Source: Tricharina praecox (lineage: Eukaryota). From it: a DNA stretch of 64,000 nucleotides. The position numbers and the translations under genes are program-made. A model generated the notes under the pieces. The model was not told the DNA's origin, did not search any database, and saw only the letters and a program-made list of their open reading frames with translations. Within the stretch, counting starts at the first letter, position 1. Every line of letters starts with the position of its first letter. The stretch is taken from positions 1,736,001 to 1,800,000 of the forward strand of contig NW_026250404.1 in assembly GCF_024521635.1 (NCBI RefSeq). Direction: 5' to 3'. This document shows, one piece after another, positions 53,720 through 64,000 of this stretch.

Positions 53720-54784
53720 TCAGAATCTCTTCAAGCCCACTTTTGGAGCCGACTTCTTCGCCGCTGGTTTTGCGCTGGTCGTGATGGCTTTTTTGGTCAT
53801 GCCGAGCGCGGCGGGGGCGGAGGTGGAGGTGACTGGCCGAGATCTGGTCTTGACCGAAGAGGCCTTGCGTGTGAGGCCAGGGTTCGCGCCTTTCTGGACC
53901 TTGGGCGATTTTCTTCCGGACTCTATTGGTGCGTCATTGCTCGCGGCGCCCTTCTCGTTCTCGTCCGCGGGGACGGTGGTGGTAGGCTCCTCCTCTCGCG
54001 AACGTTTGGTACCAGGCGGCGAGATCGGGCGTGGCCGCGCCGTAACGACGTTTTCCTTTCCCGAGTCGCCGCCGTCTGAATCCGACTCGTGGCCGTCCGA
54101 TCGCTTGGGCGACACCGCGCGTCGGATCTTCCTGCGGACGGTAGTGGTTGTGGTGACTGTGGACTTCGAGGGCTTGCGCTTGTGCTTCGTCTGTTTGAGC
54201 GCGGTGTTGGAGCCACTCGAGCTGGCGACAAGCTTCTTCGGGGAAGACGGCAACGGCAGCGCGTCCCCATCGCTTCCGGCCCCGTCACGCAGCCGCGTCT
54301 CTTCGACATCTTTCTTGAGCTTTTCCGGAATCGCCGCGTGCACCTCCGTCATCAATCGCGCATGACGCGCGAATGCCTCATAGTCGTCCAGGAGCAGCTT
54401 GCCGGCGGCCTCATTGAGCGAACTGGTCGGGTTGGGAAACACCAACAGACACCGGATGGTGACAAGGACGTCGTGGAGAGTCAGCTTCGGGTTCCAGTCT
54501 CGCTTTAGGGTGTCGACGCAGACATCGCCGGTGCGGCCATCCACGTTGGGATGGAAGATCTTGGTTGTGAAGTTCGCCTTCGGTGGGTCCTGTGGATAGG
54601 TTGGAGGAATCCGCAGAGAGATGTGGAAGACACCAGACTCGAATGGGGTCCCGGTAGGTCCAACTAGATAGATGGACAATCCGGTGAGGTCGTCAGAGGA
54701 GTCGCCAGCGAAGAAGTAGTCCGAGGGCGGCGTGTTGCTGATCATGGCGTGATCCTGAGCCAGACGACGACGTTGTGAAGCCAT
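53720..54784 (-). CDS. UBE2S: Ubiquitin-conjugating enzyme E2, UBE2S-like, with long basic C-terminal tail
   Basis: GPTGTPFESGVF, YPQDPPK, KIFHPNVD...GDVCVDTLKRDWNP, IRCLLVFPNPTSSLNEAAGKLLLDDYEAFARHARLMTEVHA; tail ends GLKRF. Confidence 0.9.
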   Translation of the reverse strand: MASQRRRLAQDHAMISNTPPSDYFFAGDSSDDLTGLSIYLVGPTGTPFESGVFHISLRIPPTYPQDPPKANFTTKIFHPNVDGRTGDVCVDTLKRDWNPKLTLHDVLVTIRCLLVFPNPTSSLNEAAGKLLLDDYEAFARHARLMTEVHAAIPEKLKKDVEETRLRDGAGSDGDALPLPSSPKKLVASSSGSNTALKQTKHKRKPSKSTVTTTTTVRRKIRRAVSPKRSDGHESDSDGGDSGKENVVTARPRPISPPGTKRSREEEPTTTVPADENEKGAASNDAPIESGRKSPKVQKGANPGLTRKASSVKTRSRPVTSTSAPAALGMTKKAITTSAKPAAKKSAPKVGLKRF

Positions 54785-57222
54785 AGTGAGCGCGTAGTGG
54801 GTCGAAGAACCTCAGTAGAAGTGTAGAGGAGGCGGTGTGATGATTGGGAGGTATACGAGGGGCACTGATTGGGATAAAGGTCGTGGGGGTATTTGAAGGT
54901 AGGCTTTGTGGAGCACTACTAGTCGTGGTTATCGGAAAGCGTTCAATGTTTGTTTACTTTGGGCCGAGAAACGATCTAGCCGCATTCAGAATAGAAAGGC
55001 GCGTTCAGAGCCCTGCACGTGTTTCTTCTCTCGCCGCGTTGGGAGCGCGTCAAGCCATGCCCTAGTCTGGGTTGGGAAGAGGACTGCTGAGAATCTCGGG
55101 GATGAGGAAAACTGAGCATTTCAAAACTGATTTGATGTACCTATTGATTTTGAGGATGCGAATGGTAGCGAGAGCAAACCGTATGCAGTCTGTCTGTCTG
55201 CCTATCAGACCGTTCAGGATACTATTGAATATCGAAAATCCAGGGATGACTAATGCAGCATCGAAATTCGAGGGCGGAGAGCGGGCGGTGAACTGGGCGG
55301 AATGTACTTGTAGGGTGGGGTGGTGCCCAGCAGAACGGCATCAACGTGCATCACTGGCAGCTGCAGTCCCTGGCACTTAGTAATCACGAAACAGACAAAA
55401 TATTCCCCGGAATTCAACTCCAGGACCCCCGGGATCACTCGGACAGGTAGATGCCTGGTCCGATAGCAGCTTTGAAACAACATGAAGCACCGGTAGCCGC
55501 CGGGCAGTGACAACCTTCGACCACGGGAATGTCAAGTCGCCGCGGCTAATACACTCACCGCGGCTACCGTCTTCCGCCAGATCACAGACATATCTCCGCC
55601 AAACCTGGGGGCCAGCACGCTGAGTCTGAAAGGGACTCAAAGTAAGTTGAATCGTTCACGCCTATCGACGTATCTGATACCTGCGCCGCTCCATTCCGAT
55701 TCTCACTCACCCAAGGCAGTGCTCTGGGTATCCAAACATCATGGCCCTCTCGACTGGCTTCCACTCGCCAGACCTCCACTTTCTCCGTTCGCCAGGGCTC
55801 CGCCCGTTCGGCTAGATTCCAAGTCCAAGTCATGCCGTCTGCGGTATGGTTCCGGAGGTGAACCGTGCTTGTGAATGAGAAGAATGAAACTCGGCAGGTT
55901 CGTGGTTGTATTAAGCAATGGAAGACCTGATCTGCGGCTATGATGTGATGTCGTGGGGGGCACGTGCAAACGGAACTGCTCCCAAAGTGATCCGGGGTTA
56001 TCTACGCTCCGTGTCTGGACCCCGGAAGCCCCGAACACGAGCCATTCATTCGCCGAGTTGCAGCCCGATGCATCCGCCGAGCAGCCGCCGTCCCCGCTGT
56101 GCACTTATGCAGTCGACTCCCTGTCCGGACGCGGAATAGTGTGGTTACATGTTCGCTACCTCGATTCCAACACCGAGCCGCCTAACATGCAGATGCCAGG
56201 CATCGAGAGGAGGTGGCCGACCAATTGGGCAATGGCCAGTGCAGGAGGGGATCAGCCAAGATATGGATCGATGTGTTGTCAACAGCAAATTGCTCGCAGA
56301 GCCGTTTCTGTGAGACCTGTGTCAAAATTTGCAGACGGTGGGGGAACAGAAGGTGAAAGACGTGTCGAGCAAGGCGACAAGAGGAAGGCGTCTTGTATTT
56401 ATGGCTTTGGTCCAGCGTCTCAAAGGGCAGCTATTCGGATGGCGATGCTTCGCTCTGCTTTGGCGAGTGGACTTGTCTAGGACCGCTCTAGCCTCGATGG
56501 TGATCAAAGATGAGGAAGAGGCAGCCAACGACAGTCGAGATCGCATGCCACACCTCCTCCGCCTCCCACGCACGCATGTCCGCAGGCCTCCGTCCATCGT
56601 CACGTGCATGCATGTCATCTCTCTCTGCCATGTTGCGACGTGTTCCTCTGTTCTGGTGGTGGTGGTGGTGGGGAGGCAGTTGCAGCTGCAGCGGTGGTGG
56701 TGTGCGGAGTTCGGTTTCTGTGCTCGGATGAGGAATCATCCTTACCCAAAGCGGATGTGGCCCGAAGCAGAAGTGGTGCAGCCCGAACGAGTTAGGGACT
56801 AGCCGGACCGGCCAATTGGGCGGCCAGGGATGGCGCCCAAGTGTCGGGAGTCCTAGCAGGCAAGAACACAGCACAGGTAGGAGAGGCAGGGGGGGCAGGC
56901 TGGCAGACAGGGGGGGAAACCGGGGGAGGGCAGAATATCTGAAGAAGACCACCAGCACTCACATTAATTATCATCCTCGCAAACCCATCGCTCTGCCGCT
57001 TGCTTGTCGCTGTTGCTGTCGCTGTTGCTGTTGCTATTGCTGCCGTTGCCGCTGCCGCTGCTCTCCACACACACCGGCCAGGACGGAAAGAAGACCTTCG
57101 ACTTCGAACCCTCGAGCCTTCCCTTCTCTCTTTCCCTTCTTCCTCTTCTTCGTGGAATTCCTCACGATACGCCTACTTGCTCTCCCTTCCTTCGGAGTTC
57201 CCTTCTTCTTGTGTTCGCTTTG

Positions 57223-57571
57223 ATGCTTGATATAGCAAGCCCAGCCTGACACGGACGCAAACCAGACGAGCCTGTCGTACTGAACTGATCCTCGTTGCTG
57301 CTGAGCCCTGTACTCCTCCTGTGCTCCTTGCCCTCTCCGCCCTGCCTTCTCTTCTGTGTGAGAAGCCAAGCTCCTCGACGTCTTCTCCTCTGCCAATAGG
57401 TTGCCACCTTTGTGTTCGCGCTCTCTTCTCACTGGTGCAGAGCTGATTTTCGCTGTCAATCCCTTGTAGAGTGTAATAGGCCGTATATACTTGTTCTGCC
57501 TCCACACCCTCACCCCTCGAGCAAATATAAAGGGGGCTACCACATGGGAAATTGAGGAACCAATTTCCTGA
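57223..57571 (+). CDS. Candidate 37-aa leader ORF MLDI-SVIGRIYLFCLHTLTPRANIKGATTWEIEEPIS*, in frame with the downstream giant gene; exons 57223-57234, 57470-57571
   Basis: First ATG after a pyrimidine-rich leader; GCAAGC donor (57235), GCTGAT branch (57442), TAG acceptor (57469); ends TGA CTA. Confidence 0.5.
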
Positions 57572-60500
57572 CTACCACCGCAACCATCTCGACCGCTAAG
57601 CACGTTGCCTTCATCACTGAATAACTCGGTCGTGGTGTTGTCGCCGTCGTCGTCCTCGCCGTCGTCGTCCTCGCCCTCCTCCGAGTACCTCCCATCGAAC
57701 CCCTCCCCGCCGCCGCAGCTACCGTCTTCGCCACCCGCCCCGGAGCACGAATATCAGTGGCCGTCAGAGGAGCAGCTCCCTCATTCACCCCACCCCGAGC
57801 TCGCCCCAGCCATTGTAGGTGGGCTTTCACAGTCCTGGTCGTCACCGTCGTCGTCCTCGTCATCCACCACCGCTACTGTCTCGAAGGTAGCGCAGAGCAG
57901 TGAACAGCAGTCGGAGGAAGGCTCGCGGTATTTTACTCCCGCTGTAAGCCTCGAGAATTCGAGCAGTCCGCGAAATCAAGTGCGACCAAGAAGTGAGAGT
58001 CCTGCATCGCTACCGCGTGTCGTCGCTGCCGCCCTACTAGGTGTTGTTGAAACGAGTGCAAGTCGAACCAGGGATCTTCAGAGAGAGACCAGGGGCCAGG
58101 TGTTGGTTCAGCGTCGTTACACGGAAGATTGGGTTCTTCGTCGTGGTTACCAGCAACACCGCCGTGCTTCTTCTAGCTGGTACTCGGAGTCCTCGCAAGA
58201 TCCGGAAGAGGATACAGACAGAACCGAAGGCCACCGCCGGAACACCTCGAACGCGAAAACAATCACTCCAGCCGACTATCAGCTGCCGAGGGGTACGTTT
58301 CTGAACGTTCCGGGAACAGAGCTATCTTCGGATCGCGAATCTGCTGTCAGTGGCGCGACGGGCGTGACTGGGAGATACAGGACAGCTCCCCAATCTCTTG
58401 CCGAGTTTCCGATGGATCACATAATAGACCCCCCGGAGGTGCCCGCTCTGCCGAGTCGGTGGGCCGATCTGACACCATCCCCAATTGAAGACAAGGGGGT
58501 GAACGGGTTGAAGGGACTGCCTCCGCCGCTGCAGATGGAGTCAACACCCCAGGCTTCTCCGACAATCGGCAGCGTGAGTGCGGTCGCCAATTATCTGCTA
58601 TCGGCACCAAAATCAGGGCCAACTTCTCGAACGAGTACACCGAGCTCCCGAAAATCAATGAAATGGCGGGGCCGAAATGTCGTCATTCAGATACCGGCCG
58701 ATTCGATGTTCGGCTTACCCGGTGGGCGACCGGTCCCATTAAGCAGGGAGGAAGTTGAAAAGAAGATGAAGGGGTGGGTAGACAAAGGCTATGATATCAG
58801 CATAGGGGGCCAAGGTGCTTGCAAAGACGTTTTTCCAGAAGAGCGGAGAAGCAAGGTTGAAGCGAGCGAGGTGTTTATCAGCATTCCCGACCCAAGAGGT
58901 ATGTTTATCTTGACCAAACGTGGCACACGTGGATCACCGCTACCGTCCGAAAGCGCGCCTTGCTAATGGATGCGCAGAATGGGACGCATATGTGGACACG
59001 TTGCGAGAAGAAAAGCTGAGGGCGCTCGGAGTGATACCTGACGATGGTCCATTAACACACTCAGGGTCCGGAGGAGAAACGCCTTTGGTAATTGACGCTT
59101 TCATCCACCATATGAGTTGCTAGTCATGGTGCTAACATGCTCTTCAGTCTCTTATGCAGAGTCCCGCACAACATGCCATGAATATGTTCTCCCCGCCATC
59201 ACTGACCGCATCAGCAATGAGCAATCCTCATTCGATGCATCCGCATGGGCCTTTCAATCCATTTTCTCCCATATCGATCCCGGCGAACGGCACCCCCGTG
59301 CCATCACTGATGTCGCCTGGTGGTCAACCAGCTCATCTTGCGTTCCACCTGCCCCGCCAGTCAATATCGGCAACCCCGTCGAACCAAAACGATTGGGACC
59401 CGTACTCGGGGATGTATACCCCTCCAATCCAGCAGCATACTCCCCCGAATATGAACGGATCTGGCGGCTGGGCTCCTTTTACTATGCGCAACGGCTCTCC
59501 CGGAATGATGAATATGCCAATGCACGGCCATTCGGGCAGCCAGTTTAACCTCGGAGGATACCCTATGCCAATGGAGAGCCCAATGGGGGATCCTTATGTT
59601 CCCCACCACGGGCTCGTTGGCCAGGAGCGCTTCCATCACCAACAGATGCGTCGTGGTTCGCCATTGGCGCATGTTAGACACCCGGTCCAGCCAGAGCCAG
59701 CACCAGAAGCGCCATTGTACCCAGGACTCGCAATCATCGATGCTCCTGTACCTAAGCATCGCCATCAGCTCAGCGTCACACTTCAAAAAGAGTTCGAGAA
59801 CACCGAGGCTTACCAGCTAGAAGAGGCAAGGCGGGCAAAAGAAGGCATCAAAGAGCCCGAAGCCGATGGGTTTGCGACAAATCCCGTTTCACCAGTGCCA
59901 GTTCAATTTCCCCCACAACCGGACATGCCGAACGTCGAGATGGATGTGCACAATGGACCCGAGCTGGCTTCGAATCCTGATGACGATGTGATGTCTGACG
60001 TTGAGGCGGAGAAGCAGAATAACATCCACGAAGCTCATGTCCGCGGCGGCAGTGTCGAGTACCCGCAGGGCCCCTACAATGTCGATTTGGCTCCCCTGCA
60101 TCCGTCATATGTACCCCAGACACAGTTCCCCGTTCCACACAGCCGCGAGCAGTCGCTTTCTCAGATGCAGCACGAGCATGAGACTATAGATCCCATTCAG
60201 AACTCCGCAATGTCGATGATGATGATAGGCGAGGGCATGGGTGGTGGAAATCGCAACCCGGTGGCAGCCATTCACGACGAACTCCTCAGCGAGGATGGCC
60301 GGACCAACATCTCGGATATCGTCACCAACCCTAGCGAGCCCTCAAGTCCTGAGCGTAGGTTCTCGAACACAGCCAGCCACGCACACCATATGTCAAACAC
60401 CAGTGCTACGTGGACTGCAGACCATACCAAGAATGCCTTGTCGAATTCGTCGGCCACGAAGCCAAAATTCAACGTCAACGCAGCCGAGTTCAAATTTGAG

Positions 60501-63500
60501 CCTTCCTTCAATTTTGTTCCCAAGGGCAATGCATTCACCCCTACAAGTCAGATGGCCCCGGTCACCTCTCCAGAGAGTCATACCAGGGATCACAGCTCTG
60601 GCTCAACCGGTGGTTTCGGTGGTTTCGGCGCCGGATCAAACGCCAGTACCTTCCGTCCGAGCTTGGGTAACACTAGTGCCTACGCCTCGATCTTCGAGAA
60701 AGGCGCCGCTGCATTCAGCCCCAATGCTCCGGAGTTCACACCGTCTTTCGCACAGGCCACGCCGCCGGCACTGCCGCCGGCGTCGCCGCCTCACCAAGCT
60801 GCTGAACCTATATTCACCGAAGTCGTTCGACAGCCTCCTATGAAGAAGGCCATTCCCATTGTCCGACCACCCAGTCGCGAGTCGGAGGCTGGAGATGATA
60901 GGAGGGATAGTATATCAACAGAGAGCCGCAAGAGGGTCAAGCATGAGCCTACCAAGAGTATTGTTAATGAAACCGAGGACTCTTTCGCCGAGTCTTTGTC
61001 GCCGCTATCACAGAATGATATGGACAACATGGTCGAACTTGCAGAGCTGGAAGACCTAGAGGAACCTTCCGACCATGACAGCGAGAGCGAAAATGAAGAT
61101 GACCTGGACGACGAGGATGATGAAGGTGAACAGCTAATGAAGGCACCCCTGGAGGAAGTTTTGGGATCCTTCACGCCCTTCGAGTTCCGGAGCACGAATG
61201 ATGCCGAATCGTTTGCCAACGCTACGCCTATGAATGATTATGAGCGCCCCGTCCCGAGGTCAAATGGCCCCGAGCGTGAGATTCTTTCGCCTGATGAGGC
61301 GTACATCGCTATCACCGCTCAGACTCCATCGCCATCGCCTTCACCGCAGCCTTTCAAGTTCTCCGCTAGCCCATCACTCAAACCGACTGGCCAAGATTTC
61401 AACTTCGAGTTCCCTTCGGCAGCCACACCCCCCAAGAAGTCGTATGGTATCGTCGAGTCCCGATATGCGCATACGCCGTCGCCTCCTCCTTCCGAGCCAG
61501 CGCCCTCTCCACCTATGCCCAACAGTCCGTTCTTGCCGCCCAGACCCGCAACACCATATACTGGAGATGTTGATCCGGAGAAAACGGAAGTCGACAGACC
61601 AATGCCAACTGACGCAGAGTTGAACGAGGTCATCCAATACATGGACGAGACTAATGTCGTCTACCTCGAGCAACCCTCCGAACAATCGGAAGACGATGAG
61701 GATGCAGAGGGTGAGGAAGTTAGCGACGAGGATGCTAGTCACCAAGGCACCATCTCCTGGCAACGAAATGCCAACACCAGCAGGCCTTTCATGCCAATGT
61801 CCGATGAGCAGACCCCGATAAAGCAGAGTAAACGCCTTCACAGTGCTGGACCTAGTCCGAGTCCGCGTCGTGCCGACATTACGTACCGTCACCGTGCCTC
61901 CTCATTCTCCCCCGACGAGCCAATTCCGGCTCACGCACTCGGTGGCAATCCCTCTGCCCCTCCCCAAGAAATCAGAGCCGCAGACAGTGATTGGGATGAT
62001 ATGCTCTCGGATGAACACGGTGGAAAGCTGCGCCCGCAAAGCCGTTTGTTCTTTGACGCACACGTCGAGGAACTCGTGGGTGGACTGTTCCAGCGCAGAC
62101 TCGACCCAGTCATCAGTGCTCTTGCGACTATCAATGATACACTGACCGCAATGTCCGCCTTCAGCTCGACTAGGAGTCTCGGCGAGTACGCTACTAGTGA
62201 CGCCGACGACGAGGAAGAAGACGATACCGAGGATCTCGTGCCGCATAAAACTCCGCGGGATAGAAAACTTCAGAAGATCAAGGCGGCGTTGTCCGAGGTG
62301 TTGTTGGCTCAGCGGAGTGGAGGTGCAATCTCCGAGCAGAATCTTGAGGCGATCAAGGATGCGGTTGTTAATAGCAGCATTCAAAGCCATGACTTTGCTG
62401 AGGTCAAGTCTGCCATTGCCGACATGCTTGAAAAGGCTGCCGGCCACGAGGACTTGTCCGAGGTGAAGACTACCCTGGGGGATATTGCCGCAAGGGTTGC
62501 ACAAAGCGCCGAATTGGTCGACCTTAAAGCCACCGTTTCCGCGGCTGCTCGGGAAACCGCTCAGGCTTGCGCCACGGCCCTGCAGGGTACCGCTAAATCC
62601 CAGGATATGGCTGCTGTCAGGGAGAGTGTGGTGACGCTGAGAGATACTGTTCGCGATGCCGTTGATGAAATCGTGACCAATGTTAGCGACAGGGTTGACG
62701 ATACGAAGTTCGCGCTTCAGGACGTCCTGATGCGAGCCGCTCAACGCAGCGATATTGCAGAAGTCAAGGCCGCCATCGCCAACTCGATGAACAACGCTGC
62801 TCGGAAGGAAGACCTTATTCCTCTACACAACGTTCTTGCCGAAACATTCTCGAAATCTGCAAAGACGGATGAACTCGTCGAGTTGAACCGTATCTTGGTC
62901 GAGATCATGAACACTGTGACAAGCAATGACATTGGGCCGACACATCTCGAGATTCTTCGCCTCAAGCAGGAGAACGATCAGTTTGGCCCTCTGCTGCATG
63001 AGGTGCTTCGGCTCACTCAGGACTTCTCGGCAAACATGGAGTTCCACCAGGAGGCCCAGCAGGAAACCGCCAAGGAGGGTCAAGCCACGCTCTCTACCCG
63101 TATCAGCGAGGTCTACTCTGCCGTACGGGAGATGACAACGTTCGTTCAATCCAGTGCTTCCAAGGGTGACATGCGCCGCAACCTTGCGGAGCAAGGACAG
63201 AAGGAGGATGCCGCAATAATTAAGATGTCAATCGCAGAGACCAAACTGCACATCCAGGAGCTCGCAAGGGTGCAGCCCACTCTCGAGGATTTCCACTCGG
63301 TTGTTGATAAGGTCACCACCAATCAACCAAAGATTGACGAATTCAAGTCAGCAATGGCGGAAGCCGTTGCTGCTACAGTCCCGGGCTTGGACGATATCAA
63401 GAAAAGTCTTCGAGACATCATCAAAGAAGACCCTACTGGAGTTGCAGAATTTAAGAGGGCGGCCGAGGAGGACCGGCAGCGCAATGTGGAGGAGTTCCGG

Positions 63501-64000
63501 ACGGTGGTCAACCAGGCTTCTTTGAACAACCCTTGGTCTCAACCATCTCTGGATGATTTCCGGGCCCTCATGGAAGATGTCATTTCCAAGCAGCAGATGT
63601 TTATTCCCCTCAACTTTGACAGCCCCGAGGACAGCGATTCCAAGGAGAATTTGAAGTTGAAGATTGAGGCCTTGGAGAGGGATGTTGCGCTCTTCCAGAA
63701 GCGTGGTGACGAGGAGGTGGAGAGGAAGCGACAGTGGCAGGAGAAGACGATTGAGCTGGAGACGAAACTCAAGCTTGCCGAGGAAGAGGCAGCCAAGCAC
63801 CGTGAGGTGGCCGAAGAGAAGGACCGTCGTCTGAAAGCCTCCGACGAGAAACGACACCAGACGCTCACATCGGCCCAGATGCGGAGTGCACTGCTCGAGG
63901 GTGCACACTCATCCCTTCAAAAGTCCAACGGTGAGCTCGCGGCAAAGAATGCTGAGCTCGAGGGAGCTATGCGGGAAGCACAGACGAGTGAGGAGAAGCA
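57572..64000 (+). CDS. Very large, 3'-truncated protein: disordered N-half with PAM2-like motifs and a C-terminal coiled coil (resembles fungal proteins annotated 'myosin heavy chain-like'); first in-frame ATG at 58412; introns 58899-58977 and 59088-59147
   Basis: Open frame 57572-58898; spliced exon EWDAYVDTLREEKLRALGV; final exon in one frame from 59148 to the window end (omitted by the ORF track because it has no stop); heptad-rich end LKLKIEALERDVAL...KNAELEGAMREAQ. Confidence 0.9.

Noticed and set aside
47371..54784. Metabolic gene cluster (EKI1, peroxiredoxin, PhyH, UBE2S co-oriented)
   Set aside because: Unrelated housekeeping functions and no backbone enzyme, transporter or regulator.

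Overview
Eukaryotic, intron-containing DNA from a filamentous ascomycete. Evidence: GTRAGT/GTATGT donors, CTRAC branch points, YAG acceptors and short introns; poly-G/C tracts and long intergenic stretches fit Pezizomycetes, but that is inference. I can support about 14 protein genes, reconstructed by hand across introns: a 5'-truncated unknown gene, a fungal-luciferase-family (Luz/DUF5519-like) protein, ARF1, a small secreted protein, NMN adenylyltransferase, NOT3, DTD1, a Ser/Pro-rich hypothetical protein, a Bud2-type RasGAP, ethanolamine kinase, a PTS1 peroxiredoxin, a PhyH dioxygenase, a UBE2S-like E2, and a 3'-truncated giant PAM2/coiled-coil protein. There is also a 586-bp TIR element with TA flanks, several tandem repeats and possible decayed genes. 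The most interesting signal is at the 5' end of the giant gene (57223-58414). A spliced 37-codon leader ORF ends in TGA-CTA, the known leaky readthrough context. A possible stem-loop follows, then 280 open in-frame codons lying in an 865-nt stretch with no ATG in any frame, before the first in-frame ATG. This suggests programmed stop-codon readthrough plus leaky scanning/re-initiation, giving N-terminal isoforms. No tRNA, rRNA or CRISPR array was seen.
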